From positions 3,540,001 through 3,572,000 of the forward strand of contig NZ_LN831024.1 of the NCBI RefSeq assembly GCF_001457615.1: 32,000 bases of DNA. The letters run 5' to 3'. This document shows positions 1 through 11,208 of this stretch, piece after piece; position 1 is the stretch's first letter; each line of letters begins with the position of its first letter. The stretch comes from Pseudomonas aeruginosa. Its GTDB lineage: Bacteria > Pseudomonadota > Gammaproteobacteria > Pseudomonadales > Pseudomonadaceae. The translations under genes were made by a program, and so were the position numbers. The notes under the pieces were generated by a model, which ran no database searches, had not been told where the DNA came from, and worked only from the letters and a program-made list of their open reading frames with translations.

Positions 1-605
1 CCGCCTCGCTGGACACCCTCAAGCCGAAGGAAGTCACCGCCTGGCAGCAATACCGGGTGCGTAGCGGCGACAGCCTGCACAGCATCGCCAACCGCTATCG
101 GATCACCGTAGCGGAGCTCAAGAGCGCCAACCGCCTGTCCAGCAACCACCTGCGCAAGGGCCAGCAACTGAGCATCCCCGGGCAGATCGCCGGCGGCGCC
201 GTCAAGCCGGTCTACCAGCAACTCGCCCGACAGGCTTCCACCCCGGCCAGGACCCGCTCCTATAAGGTCAAGAACGGCGACAGCCTGTGGCAGATCGCCC
301 GCAACAACGGCGTCGACGTCAACGACCTGAAGCGCTGGAACGGCCTGGACAAGCACGCCCTGAAGGTCGGCCAGACCCTCAAGCTGCAAGGCGGCACCCA
401 GGCCCTGGCGGCCCGCAAGGGAAACGCCGCCGGCAAGCGCGACAGCGCCACCTACTACAAGGTCAAGCAAGGCGACTCGATGTACCTGATCGCCAAGCGC
501 TTCAATGTCGAAATGAAGCACCTGCAGCGCTGGAACCCGCGCAGCAAGCAGGCGCTCAAGCCCGGCCAGACCCTGACCCTGTACCTGGACACCGCGAGCC
601 GCTGA
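1..605 (+). CDS. mltD: C-terminal part of membrane-bound lytic murein transglycosylase D (5' truncated by the window edge)
   Basis: The open frame runs in from base 3 (..ASLDTLKPKEVTAWQQYRVRSGDSLHSIANRYR..) to TGA at 603-605. It carries three LysM-like repeats (YRVRSGDSL.., YKVKNGDSLWQIA.., YKVKQGDSMYLIA..), as expected for the MltD C-terminus. Confidence 0.88.
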   Translation, partial: ASLDTLKPKEVTAWQQYRVRSGDSLHSIANRYRITVAELKSANRLSSNHLRKGQQLSIPGQIAGGAVKPVYQQLARQASTPARTRSYKVKNGDSLWQIARNNGVDVNDLKRWNGLDKHALKVGQTLKLQGGTQALAARKGNAAGKRDSATYYKVKQGDSMYLIAKRFNVEMKHLQRWNPRSKQALKPGQTLTLYLDTASR

Positions 606-627
606 CAGCCCATTGCAGGCCGTCCCG

Positions 628-662
628 AAACGCCACGCCCGCTCCTGCCGGCGTGGCGTTTT
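628..662 (+). terminator. Rho-independent terminator downstream of mltD
   Basis: aaacgccacgcc ... ggcgtggcgtttt: inverted repeat followed by a T run, 23 nt after the mltD stop. Confidence 0.75.
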
Positions 663-795
663 CGCAAGCGCGGCCAGAACCCCGGACCCTAGGCCGGACA
701 GGCCCGCGCTCCCTCTTTTTTCCTGTGCGGGCAAGGTGTTACTGTTGCCTGACGATTCGTTGTCAAAAATAGCCAAGGACCCGGACACACGCCTG

Positions 796-2625
796 ATGCG
801 TCGCCTCTCCTTCCTGATCCTCGGCCTGGCCGTGAGCCTGCCCAGCTTCGCCGCGATTACCCAGAGCCATGGTTATGCCCAATTCGGCACGCTCAAGTAT
901 CCGGCCAATTTCCAGCACTTCGACTGGACCAATCCCGACGCCCCCAAAGGCGGCACCTTGCGCCTGATGGCCTCGGGCAGCTTCGACACGCTCAACCCCT
1001 ACACCCTGAAAGGCACCAGCCCGATCGGCACCGGCGATTTCCTCCAGTACGGAGTCAACGAGCTGAACGAACCATTGATGGTGGGCACCGGCCTGTACGA
1101 CCCGTCCGGCGACGAACCAGCCTCCAGCTATGGCCTGATCGCGAAGAGCGTGGAATACACGGAAAACCGCAGCTGGGTGGTATTCAACCTGCGGCCGGAA
1201 GCGCGCTTCCACGACGGCAGGCCGATCACCGCCAGCGACGTGGCCTTTTCCTATCGCACCCTGGTCAAGCAGGGGCACCCGATGTACCGCACCTACCTGC
1301 AGGAGGTGAAGCGGGTCGATATCCTCACCCCCCACCGGGTGCGTTTCGTCCTGCGGCGCTCCGGCAACCCGCTGCTGATCCTGCGCCTGGGCGAGCTTCC
1401 GGTGCTGCCGCAGCATTACTGGAAGGATCGCGACTTCCGCGCCACCACCTTCACCGCGCCGCTGGGCAGCGGTCCCTATCGCATCGTCGAGGTCGATCCC
1501 GGGCGCCGCCTGGTGTTCGAACGCGTGAAGGGCTGGTGGGGCGAAAAACTGCCGGTGAACCGCGGCAAATACAATTTCGACCGGGTCGTGGTGGACTTCT
1601 ACCGGGACAACGGCGTCGCCTTCGAAGCCTTCAAGGCCGGCGAGTTCGACTTCTACATCGAGCACCAGGCGAAGAACTGGCTGAACAACTATCGCTTCCC
1701 CGCGGTTCTGCGCGGCGATGTGATCCGCACGGAAATCCCGCACCAGATCCCCAGCCAGACCCAGGCGTTGTTCATGAACACCCGTCGCGCCGTGTTCAAG
1801 GAGCGCGCGATACGCCAGGCGCTGGGCGAGATGTTCGACTTCGAATGGACCAATCGCGCCCTCTTCAGCAATTCCTACCTGCGCTCGCGCAGCTACTACC
1901 CGAACAGCGAATTCGCCGCCAGCGGCGTCCCGGAGGGCCAGGAATGGCTGTACCTGTCGCCGTACCGCAAGCAATTGCCGGCGCAGTTGTTCAAACAGCC
2001 GTTCAGCCTGCCGACCACCGAGGGGCGCGGCATTCCCCGTGAAACCCTCAGGCATGCACTCGGTCTACTGGCCGATGCCGGCTGGAAGCTGTCCGGCGAC
2101 CGACTGCTGAATAAAAAGGGCGAACCGCTGCGCTTCGAAATCCTGCTGGTCAATCCGAGCCTGGAGCGTATTCTCCAGCCCTATCGCGAAAACCTCGCCA
2201 GCATCGGCATCGACGCGCGCCTGCGCACCGTCGACCGCGCCCAATACAAGCAGCGCCTGGACCAGTTCGACTACGACATGATCCTCATGACCCTGCCGCA
2301 GACCCTCAGTCCCGGCCTGGAACAGTGGCAGTACTTCCACTCCAGCCAGGTGAAGGTCAAGGGCAGCAAGAATTACGCGGGCATCGCCAACCCGGTGGTC
2401 GACGCCATGCTCAACCGCCTGCTCGGCGCCCACAGCCGCGACGAACAGGTCGCCGCCGCGCGCGCCCTGGACCGGACCTTGCTCTGGCAGTACTACAGCA
2501 TTCCCAACTGGTACCTCAATTCGCACCGTCTGGCGTACCGCAACCGCTTCGCCTTCGTCGCCACCCCGCCCTACACCCTGGGCCTGCGCGCGTGGTGGCA
2601 GAAAAACCTGGAGACGTCCCGATGA
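796..2625 (+). CDS. nppA1: Periplasmic peptide-binding protein of an ABC transporter (YejA/NppA1-like)
   Basis: 609 aa from ATG 796 within the longer ORF 613-2625. Signal peptide MRRLSFLILGLAVSLPSFA; YejA-type motifs (YPANFQHFDWTNPDAPKGGTLRL, TLNPYTLKG). The upstream extension is non-conserved-looking sequence that runs through the promoter region. Confidence 0.88.
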   Translation: MRRLSFLILGLAVSLPSFAAITQSHGYAQFGTLKYPANFQHFDWTNPDAPKGGTLRLMASGSFDTLNPYTLKGTSPIGTGDFLQYGVNELNEPLMVGTGLYDPSGDEPASSYGLIAKSVEYTENRSWVVFNLRPEARFHDGRPITASDVAFSYRTLVKQGHPMYRTYLQEVKRVDILTPHRVRFVLRRSGNPLLILRLGELPVLPQHYWKDRDFRATTFTAPLGSGPYRIVEVDPGRRLVFERVKGWWGEKLPVNRGKYNFDRVVVDFYRDNGVAFEAFKAGEFDFYIEHQAKNWLNNYRFPAVLRGDVIRTEIPHQIPSQTQALFMNTRRAVFKERAIRQALGEMFDFEWTNRALFSNSYLRSRSYYPNSEFAASGVPEGQEWLYLSPYRKQLPAQLFKQPFSLPTTEGRGIPRETLRHALGLLADAGWKLSGDRLLNKKGEPLRFEILLVNPSLERILQPYRENLASIGIDARLRTVDRAQYKQRLDQFDYDMILMTLPQTLSPGLEQWQYFHSSQVKVKGSKNYAGIANPVVDAMLNRLLGAHSRDEQVAAARALDRTLLWQYYSIPNWYLNSHRLAYRNRFAFVATPPYTLGLRAWWQKNLETSR

Positions 2626-4469
2626 TCCGTCCCCGCTTCACCCCTCTGCTGGCAGCCCTGCTGCTCGGCTGCTGCGGCCCGCTCCTCGCCGCCCCGAAAC
2701 ATGCACTGACGCTCTACGATGAGCCTCCGAAGTATCCCGCCGATTTCAAGCATTTCGACTACGTGAATCCGGATGCGCCAAAAGGCGGCATCCTCCGCCA
2801 GGCCGACTTCGGCGGCTTCGACAGCCTCAACCCGTTCATCGGCAAGGGCGTCTCGGCCCCTTCGCTGGGCCTGATCTACGACACCCTGGCCTTCCAGTCG
2901 CAGGACGAGCCGTTCACCGAATACGGCCTGCTCGCGGAGAAGATCGAGAAGGCACCGGACAACAGCTACGTGCGCTTCTACCTGCGCCCCCAGGCCCGTT
3001 TCAGCGATGGCACGCCGGTCACCGCCGAAGACGTGGTGTTCACCTTCGAGACGCTGGTGAGCAAGGGCGACCCGATGTACCGCAACTACTATGCGGACGT
3101 CGACAAGGTGGTCGCCGAGGACAAGCTTCGCGTGCGCTTCGACTTCAAGCACGCCGGCAACCGCGAACTGCCGCTGATCCTCGGGCAGATCGCGATCCTG
3201 CCGAAACACTGGTGGGCCGACCGCGACTTTTCCAAGACCGGCATGGAAATCCCGGTAGGCAGCGGTCCCTACCGCATCGCCAAGGTCGATCCGGGACGCT
3301 CCATCAGCTACGAGCGAGTCAAGGACTGGTGGGCCAAGGACCTTCCGGTCTCCCGCGGACTCTATAACTTCGACACCATCACCATCGACTCCTATCGCGA
3401 CATGTCGGTCGCCCTGGAAGCCTTCAAGGCCGGCCAGTACGACGTCAACCTCGAATATTCGGCGAAGGACTGGGCCACCGGCTACGAGTCGCCGGCATTG
3501 CGCGACGGGCGCTTCATCAAGGCCAGCATCCACAACCACAACCCGGTGGGGATGCAGGGCTTCGCCTTCAATATCCGCCGCCCGGTGTTCCAGGACCGCC
3601 GGGTACGCCAGGCGATCAGCCTGCTGTTCGACTTCGAATGGTCGAACAAGCAGCTGTTCTTCAGCTCCTACAAGCGCACCAACAGCTATTTCGAGAACTC
3701 GGAGATGGCCGCCCACCAGTTGCCCAGCGAAGCCGAGCTGAAGATCCTCGAACCGCTGCGCGGCAAGATTCCCGACGAGGCCTTCGACCAGGTCTTCCAG
3801 AATCCGGTCAATGACGGCAGCGGGGTGATCCGCGAGCAGCGGCGCAAGGCCTACCAGTTGCTCACCGAGGCCGGCTACAGGATCGAGAACAACCGCATGG
3901 TAGGTCCCGACGGCCAGCCACTGAGCTTCGAGTTCATGCTGTTCCAGGCCAACATGGAACGGGTCATCCTGCCGTTCAAGCGCAACCTGGCCGAACTTGG
4001 CATCGACATGCAGATCCGTCGCGTCGACGTCTCGCAGTTCGTCAACCGCCTGCGCTCGCGGGATTTCGACATGACCTCGGCGACCTGGCCGCAATCCAAC
4101 TCGCCAGGCAACGAACAGCGAGAGTTCTGGCATTCCAGCAGCGCCGACAAGGCCGGCAGCCGCAACTTCATCGGCCTCAAGGACCCGGCCATCGACAGCC
4201 TGGTGGAAAGCCTGATCCAGTCCGACTCGCGGCAAAGCCTGATCGACCATACCCGCGCCCTCGACCGCGTACTGTCGTGGGGCTACTACGTGGTTCCCAA
4301 CTACTACGTCGATACCTGGCGGGTCGCCTACTGGAACCGTTTCGGCCGGCCGAAGGTGACGCCACTCTACGACTGGGGCCTGATGACCTGGTGGCAGACC
4401 AGCGACAAGGCGCTGCCGAGCAAGGCGCAAGCCGAAGCCACGCAAGACGCCGAGCCGGAACGGGAGTAA
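2622..4469 (+). CDS. nppA2: Second periplasmic peptide-binding protein, paralogue of the preceding gene (YejA/NppA2-like)
   Basis: 615 aa from ATG 2622, overlapping the upstream stop (ATGA). Signal peptide MIRPRFTPLLAALLLGCCGPLLA; same motifs as NppA1 (YPADFKHFDYVNPDAPKGG, SLNPFIGKG). Confidence 0.88.
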   Translation: MIRPRFTPLLAALLLGCCGPLLAAPKHALTLYDEPPKYPADFKHFDYVNPDAPKGGILRQADFGGFDSLNPFIGKGVSAPSLGLIYDTLAFQSQDEPFTEYGLLAEKIEKAPDNSYVRFYLRPQARFSDGTPVTAEDVVFTFETLVSKGDPMYRNYYADVDKVVAEDKLRVRFDFKHAGNRELPLILGQIAILPKHWWADRDFSKTGMEIPVGSGPYRIAKVDPGRSISYERVKDWWAKDLPVSRGLYNFDTITIDSYRDMSVALEAFKAGQYDVNLEYSAKDWATGYESPALRDGRFIKASIHNHNPVGMQGFAFNIRRPVFQDRRVRQAISLLFDFEWSNKQLFFSSYKRTNSYFENSEMAAHQLPSEAELKILEPLRGKIPDEAFDQVFQNPVNDGSGVIREQRRKAYQLLTEAGYRIENNRMVGPDGQPLSFEFMLFQANMERVILPFKRNLAELGIDMQIRRVDVSQFVNRLRSRDFDMTSATWPQSNSPGNEQREFWHSSSADKAGSRNFIGLKDPAIDSLVESLIQSDSRQSLIDHTRALDRVLSWGYYVVPNYYVDTWRVAYWNRFGRPKVTPLYDWGLMTWWQTSDKALPSKAQAEATQDAEPERE

Positions 4470-4475
4470 CGCCGC

Positions 4476-5558
4476 ATGCTCTCCTATATCCTGCGGCGCC
4501 TGCTGCTGATCGTCCCTACCCTGTTCGGCATCCTGCTGATCAACTTCATCATCATCCAGGCCGCTCCCGGCGGTCCGGTGGAGCAGATGATCGCCAAGCT
4601 GGAAGGCTTCGACGCCGCTTCCGGCGGCGCCACCGGGCGCATCTCCGGCGGCGGCGGCGAAGTCGCCGTGGCCGGCTCGCAATACCGCGGTGCGCAAGGC
4701 CTGGACCCGGAGCTGGTGAAAGAGATCGAGCGCATGTACGGCTTCGACAAGTCGGCCCCCGAGCGCTTCATGATCATGCTGAAGAACTACCTGCACCTGG
4801 ACTTCGGGCAGAGCTTCTTCCGCGACGCCAAGGTCACCGACCTGATCATCGAGAAATTGCCGGTGTCGATCTCGCTCGGGCTCTGGAGCACGCTGATCAT
4901 GTACCTGGTGTCGATCCCGCTGGGGATCGCCAAGGCGGTCCGCCATGGTAGCGTCTTCGACATCTGGACCAGCTCGGCGATCATCGTCGGCTACGCCATT
5001 CCCGCCTTCCTCTTCGCCATCCTGCTGGTGGTGCTGTTCGCCGGCGGCAGCTACTGGGACTGGTTCCCCCTGCGCGGCCTGACCTCGAACAACTTCGACC
5101 AGCTCAGCCTCGGCGGCAAGGTGCTCGACTATTTCTGGCACCTGGCCTTGCCGGTAACCGCCCTGGTGATCGGCAACTTCGCCACCATCACGCTGCTGAC
5201 CAAGAACAGCTTCCTCGACGAGATCGGCAAGCAATACGTGGTCACCGCCCGCGCCAAGGGCCTGACCGAACGCCGCGTGCTCTACGGGCACGTATTCCGC
5301 AACGCCATGCTGCTGGTGATTGCCGGCCTGCCGGCTGCGCTGCTGGGGATCTTCTTCACCGGTTCGCTGTTGATCGAGGTGATCTTCTCCCTCGACGGCC
5401 TCGGCCTGCTCAGCTTCGAAGCGGCGATGAACCGCGACTACCCGGTGGTCTTCGGCACGCTGTTCATCTTCACCCTGTTCGGGCTGGTCATGAAGCTGAT
5501 CAGCGATATCGTCTACACCCTGGTCGATCCGCGCATCGACTTCGAGAACCGGGAGTAA
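4476..5558 (+). CDS. nppB: Peptide ABC transporter permease (YejB/NppB-like)
   Basis: 360 aa. N-terminus [37 protein letters not shown] is typical of DppB/YejB permeases; [20 protein letters not shown] is the permease EAA loop. Confidence 0.93.
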   Translation: MLSYILRRLLLIVPTLFGILLINFIIIQAAPGGPVEQMIAKLEGFDAASGGATGRISGGGGEVAVAGSQYRGAQGLDPELVKEIERMYGFDKSAPERFMIMLKNYLHLDFGQSFFRDAKVTDLIIEKLPVSISLGLWSTLIMYLVSIPLGIAKAVRHGSVFDIWTSSAIIVGYAIPAFLFAILLVVLFAGGSYWDWFPLRGLTSNNFDQLSLGGKVLDYFWHLALPVTALVIGNFATITLLTKNSFLDEIGKQYVVTARAKGLTERRVLYGHVFRNAMLLVIAGLPAALLGIFFTGSLLIEVIFSLDGLGLLSFEAAMNRDYPVVFGTLFIFTLFGLVMKLISDIVYTLVDPRIDFENRE

Positions 5559-5562
5559 TCCG

Positions 5563-6582
5563 ATGCGCCTGTCTCCCATCAACCAGCGCCGCTGGGCCCG
5601 CTTCAAGAGCAACAAGCGTGGCTGGTGGTCGCTCTGGCTGTTCCTCATCCTGTTCGTCGGCAGCCTCGGCGCCGAACTGATCGCCAACGACAAACCGCTG
5701 GTCGTGCATTACGACGGCGGCTGGTATTTCCCGGTCTTCAAACGCTACCCGGAAACCACCTTCGGCGGCGAATTCCCCCTGGAAGCCAACTACAAGAGCC
5801 CCTACATCAGCCAACTGATCGCCGAGAAGGACGGCTGGGTGCTTTGGCCGCCGATCCCCTACAGCTACGACACCATCAACTACGAGCTGAAGGTTCCCGC
5901 CCCCGCCCCGCCGTCGGCGGAAAACTGGCTGGGCACCGACGACCAGGCCCGCGACGTGCTCGCCCGGGTGATCTACGGCTTCCGCGTGTCGATACTCTTC
6001 GCCCTGACCCTGACCGTGCTCAGTTCTCTGATCGGCGTCACCGTCGGCGCCCTGCAAGGCTACTACGGCGGCTGGGTCGACCTGCTCGGCCAGCGTTTCC
6101 TGGAAGTCTGGTCGGGGCTGCCGGTGCTCTACCTGCTGATCATCCTGGCCAGCTTCGTCCAGCCGAACTTCTGGTGGCTGCTGGGCATCATGCTGCTGTT
6201 TTCCTGGATGAGCCTGGTGGACGTGGTCCGCGCCGAGTTCCTCCGCGGGCGCAACCTGGAATACGTCCGCGCCGCCCGGGCCCTCGGCATGCGCAACAGC
6301 GCCATCATGTTCCGTCACATCCTGCCGAACGCGATGATCTCGACCCTGACCTTCATGCCGTTCATCCTCACCGGCGCCATCGGCACCCTCACCTCCCTGG
6401 ACTTCCTCGGCTTCGGCCTGCCGCCTGGCGCGCCGTCGCTGGGCGAGTTGGTCGCCCAGGGCAAGTCCAACCTCCAGGCACCCTGGCTGGGCATTTCCGC
6501 CTTCGTGGTGCTGGCGGTCATGCTGAGCCTGCTGGTGTTCATCGGCGAAGCCGCCCGCGACGCTTTCGACCCGAGGAAATGA
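5563..6582 (+). CDS. nppC: Peptide ABC transporter permease (YejE/NppC-like)
   Basis: 339 aa. N-terminus SPINQRRWARFKSNKRGWWSLWLF.. and GTDDQARDVLARVIYGFRVSILFAL are typical of YejE; 4 nt after nppB. Confidence 0.93.
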   Translation: MRLSPINQRRWARFKSNKRGWWSLWLFLILFVGSLGAELIANDKPLVVHYDGGWYFPVFKRYPETTFGGEFPLEANYKSPYISQLIAEKDGWVLWPPIPYSYDTINYELKVPAPAPPSAENWLGTDDQARDVLARVIYGFRVSILFALTLTVLSSLIGVTVGALQGYYGGWVDLLGQRFLEVWSGLPVLYLLIILASFVQPNFWWLLGIMLLFSWMSLVDVVRAEFLRGRNLEYVRAARALGMRNSAIMFRHILPNAMISTLTFMPFILTGAIGTLTSLDFLGFGLPPGAPSLGELVAQGKSNLQAPWLGISAFVVLAVMLSLLVFIGEAARDAFDPRK

Positions 6583-6583
6583 G

Positions 6584-8194
<1,611 letters not shown>

Positions 8195-8215
8195 GTAGCA
8201 GACAAGGAACGGACC

Positions 8216-9013
8216 ATGGGATTTCTCACAGGAAAACGCGCCCTGATCGTCGGAGTCGCCAGCAAGCTCTCCATCGCTTCCGGCATCGCCGCCGCCATGC
8301 ACCGGGAAGGCGCCGAACTGGCCTTCACCTACCAGAACGACAAGCTCAGGGGCCGGGTGGAGGAGTTCGCCAGTGGCTGGGGCTCGCGGCCGGAGCTGTG
8401 CTTCCCCTGTGACGTGGCCGACGACAGCCAGATCGAAGCGGTGTTCGCCGCCCTGGGCAAGCACTGGGACGGCCTGGACATCATCGTCCACTCCGTCGGA
8501 TTCGCTCCAGGCGATCAGCTCGACGGCGACTTCACCGCGGTGACCACCCGCGAGGGCTTCCGCATCGCCCACGACATCAGCGCCTACAGCTTCATCGCCC
8601 TGGCCAAGGCCGGACGGGAAATGATGAAGGGCCGCAACGGCAGCCTGCTGACCCTCTCCTACCTGGGCGCCGAACGGACCATGCCGAACTACAACGTAAT
8701 GGGCATGGCCAAGGCCAGCCTGGAGGCCGGGGTCCGCTACCTGGCCGGCAGCCTGGGCGCGGAAGGCACCCGGGTCAATGCGGTTTCCGCAGGGCCGATC
8801 CGAACGCTCGCCGCCTCCGGGATCAAGAGTTTCCGCAAGATGCTGGCCGCCAACGAGCGGCAGACGCCGCTGCGGCGCAACGTCACCATCGAGGAAGTCG
8901 GCAATGCCGGCGCCTTCCTCTGTTCGGACCTGGCCAGCGGTATCAGTGGCGAGATCCTCTACGTCGATGGCGGCTTCAACACTACCGCCATGGGCCCGCT
9001 GGACGACGACTGA
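8216..9013 (+). CDS. fabI: Enoyl-[acyl-carrier-protein] reductase (NADH)
   Basis: 265 aa. [40 protein letters not shown]..., catalytic segment [23 protein letters not shown] and C-terminal [15 protein letters not shown] match FabI. Confidence 0.96.
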
Positions 9014-9021
9014 TCACCCCG

Positions 9022-9062
9022 CCCATGAAAAATGGCCGCTTCGAGCGGCCATTTTTCATGGG
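9022..9062. terminator. Bidirectional-looking terminator between convergent fabI and ppiD
   Basis: Perfect 19-bp inverted repeat cccatgaaaaatggccgct-tcg-agcggccatttttcatggg, with A/T runs on both sides of the GC core. Confidence 0.8.
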
Positions 9063-9070
9063 AGGAATAA

Positions 9071-9098
9071 AGAAAAGGCCGCGTAAGCGGCCTTTTCT
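9071..9098 (-). terminator. Rho-independent terminator for ppiD
   Basis: agaaaaggccgc-gtaa-gcggccttttct: perfect 12-bp arms directly downstream of the ppiD stop (minus strand). Confidence 0.75.
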
Positions 9099-9111
9099 CT
9101 GCATCTCGGTC

Positions 9112-10977
9112 TCAGTATTTCTCGACTTCCGCCTTGTCCTGCAACTGACGGCGGAAGGCGGCGAAGTCTGCCTGTCCGCTGCGCGAAGCCAGGAAGCGGC
9201 GGTACATGGCCTTCTCGTCGTCGGAGATAGCCTCCTCCGGCTCGCTGACGCCATTCAGGCGGATCACCACGTAATCGCCATTGGCCAGGGTCACGCCAGA
9301 GAACGAAGGCTTGTCCTTGGCCTCCGGACGCTGCATGCGGAACACCGCCTGGAGCAGTTTCGGATCGACGCCTTCGTGGCCGCGGGAGGCCGCCTCGACC
9401 ACTTTCCACGACTCACCCGCTGCGGAAGAGGTACGGCCTTCACGCAGCTCTGCGATCAGGGCCTCGCCACGCTTCTGCGCCTCCTCGGCGGCCTTTTCGG
9501 CGGCCAGGCGCTCGCGGATGTTCGCCGCGACCTGCTCCAGCGGTTGCTCCTTCGGCTTGTTGTGTTCCTTGACCCGCAGCACCACCACGGTGTCCGGATC
9601 CAGCTCGATGGCGCCACTGTTGGCGGCTTCTTCCAGCACCTCGGCGCTGAACGCGGTCTGCACGATCTGGCGGTTGGCAGCGATGCCGTCGCCCCCCGAA
9701 CGTCCGAACGGCTGGCTGGTCTGGACCTTCAGGCCCATTTCCTGCGCCGGCTGGCTCAGGTCGGCGGCTTCGTAGGCGGAGCTTTCCAGGTCCTTGGTAG
9801 CCTCGACGAAGCGCTGCTCGACCATCTGTTTCTTCAGTTCGTCCTCGAGCTTCGGCTTGAGGCTTTCCAGGCTCGGTACTTCCGGCGCCTGCACGCCCAG
9901 CAGCTTGATCAGGTGGTAGCCGTACGGAGTCTTCACCGGGGCGGATACCTCACCTTGCTTCAGCGCATACAGCGCCTCCTCGAACGCGGGGTCGTACACG
10001 CCGCGACCGGCGTAGCCCAGGTCGCCGCCGGTGGCGGCCGAGCCGATATCCTGGGAGAACTCCTTGGCCAGCGCGGCGAAATCCTCGCCCTTGGCCAGGC
10101 GAGCCTTGATCTCGTCGATCTTCGCCTTGGCCTGCTCGTCGCCGACCTTGTCGTTCACCTCGATCAGGATGTGGGCGGCATCGCGCTGCTCGGAAAGGTT
10201 GGCGATTTCCTTCTGGTACAGCGCCTCGAGGTCTTCCTGCTTCACCTTGACCTGGTCGAAGAAGGAGGACTTCTTCAGCTCCACGTATTCGACGACCACC
10301 TGCTCGGGAGTCATGAACTCGCTCTTGTGGCCTTCGTAGAAGGCCTTCACCTCGTCGTCGCTCACGCTGCTCTTGGAGGCGTCGGCCTTGATCGCCAGGG
10401 TGGCGAAGTCGCGGGTCTGCTTCTCGAGGCGAGCGAAGGACTGCAATTCGTTGTCGGTGACGAAACCGGTGCCCGCCAGGCCGGCGCGAAGCTGGCCGAT
10501 GAGCATTTCCTGGCCGAGCATCTGGCGGAACTGCATGCGGCTGTAGTTCATCTGGCGGATGACCTGGTCGAAGCGATCCGCGTTGAACTTGCCGTCGACC
10601 TGGAACTCGGGAGTTTGCAGGATCAACTGGTCCAGCGCCTGGTCGGAGAAGGCGAACTTGTCGTCCTTGGCGGCCTGGAGCAGCAGGGTACGCTCGATCA
10701 GCCCCTTCAGGGCCGCTTCCTTGAGCAGCTTGTCATCCAGCATGGATGGATCGAAATCCTTGCCCAGGCGTTGCAGCAGCTGGCGACGCTGCATGTCCAC
10801 GGCCTGTTGGACTTCATTGAGACTGATATCGTCGCCGTTGACCTTGGCGGCCACGTTGGAGTGGTCGGTGGCCCGGATGATCGCGTCGAAGCCGGTCAGC
10901 GACAGGAGAACGATGATCACGCCAATGATGGTCTTGGCGATCCAGCCCTGGGAATTATCCCTGATGTTCTGCAGCAT
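9112..10977 (-). CDS. ppiD: Peptidyl-prolyl cis-trans isomerase D, membrane-anchored periplasmic chaperone
   Basis: 621 aa from ATG 10977. MLQNIRDNSQGWIAKTIIGVIIVLLSLTGFDAI (cytoplasmic start plus TM anchor); parvulin domain segment QRDAAHILIEV...AKGEDFAALAKEFSQDIGSAATGGDLGY. Confidence 0.94.
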   Translation of the reverse strand: MLQNIRDNSQGWIAKTIIGVIIVLLSLTGFDAIIRATDHSNVAAKVNGDDISLNEVQQAVDMQRRQLLQRLGKDFDPSMLDDKLLKEAALKGLIERTLLLQAAKDDKFAFSDQALDQLILQTPEFQVDGKFNADRFDQVIRQMNYSRMQFRQMLGQEMLIGQLRAGLAGTGFVTDNELQSFARLEKQTRDFATLAIKADASKSSVSDDEVKAFYEGHKSEFMTPEQVVVEYVELKKSSFFDQVKVKQEDLEALYQKEIANLSEQRDAAHILIEVNDKVGDEQAKAKIDEIKARLAKGEDFAALAKEFSQDIGSAATGGDLGYAGRGVYDPAFEEALYALKQGEVSAPVKTPYGYHLIKLLGVQAPEVPSLESLKPKLEDELKKQMVEQRFVEATKDLESSAYEAADLSQPAQEMGLKVQTSQPFGRSGGDGIAANRQIVQTAFSAEVLEEAANSGAIELDPDTVVVLRVKEHNKPKEQPLEQVAANIRERLAAEKAAEEAQKRGEALIAELREGRTSSAAGESWKVVEAASRGHEGVDPKLLQAVFRMQRPEAKDKPSFSGVTLANGDYVVIRLNGVSEPEEAISDDEKAMYRRFLASRSGQADFAAFRRQLQDKAEVEKY

Positions 10978-11048
10978 GCAGCCCCCAAAAACTGCCACGA
11001 CCAGCCGTCTTGGGCGGCGCGGCGTGGGTAAGAGATGCGGATATAAGA

Positions 11049-11072
11049 AAGGCGCATCCGAGGATGCGCCTT
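11049..11072 (-). terminator. Terminator downstream of tRNA-Asp
   Basis: aaggcgcatcc-ga-ggatgcgcctt inverted repeat, followed on the minus strand by TCTTAT. Confidence 0.65.
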
Positions 11073-11080
11073 CTCGTAAC

Positions 11081-11157
11081 TGGCGGAGCGGACGGGACTC
11101 GAACCCGCGACCCCCGGCGTGACAGGCCGGTATTCTAACCGACTGAACTACCGCTCC
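11081..11157 (-). tRNA. tRNA-Asp(GTC)
   Basis: Reverse complement GGAGCGGTAGTTCAGTCGGTTAGAATACCGGCCTGTCACGCCGGGGGTCGCGGGTTCGAGTCCCGTCCGCTCCGCCA: 77 nt, full cloverleaf, anticodon GTC, encoded CCA. Confidence 0.96.
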
Positions 11158-11208
11158 GCAGCCAGGCCAGCCTTGGCCGACCTGGGTAGAACGAGTCCCA
11201 AAAGACGC

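Noticed and set aside
613-795. N-terminal extension of nppA1 in the ORF track (670-aa ORF)
   Set aside because: The extension covers the mltD terminator and probable promoter; the signal peptide begins at ATG 796.
2571-5693. 1040-aa minus-strand ORF opposite nppA1/nppA2/nppB
   Set aside because: Antisense to clearly functional genes. Composition is the D/V/H/G/Q/A-rich pattern produced by GC-rich third-position bias; no domain signatures.
9025-11031. 668-aa plus-strand ORF opposite ppiD
   Set aside because: Antisense of the well-supported ppiD; begins inside the fabI/ppiD terminator hairpin.
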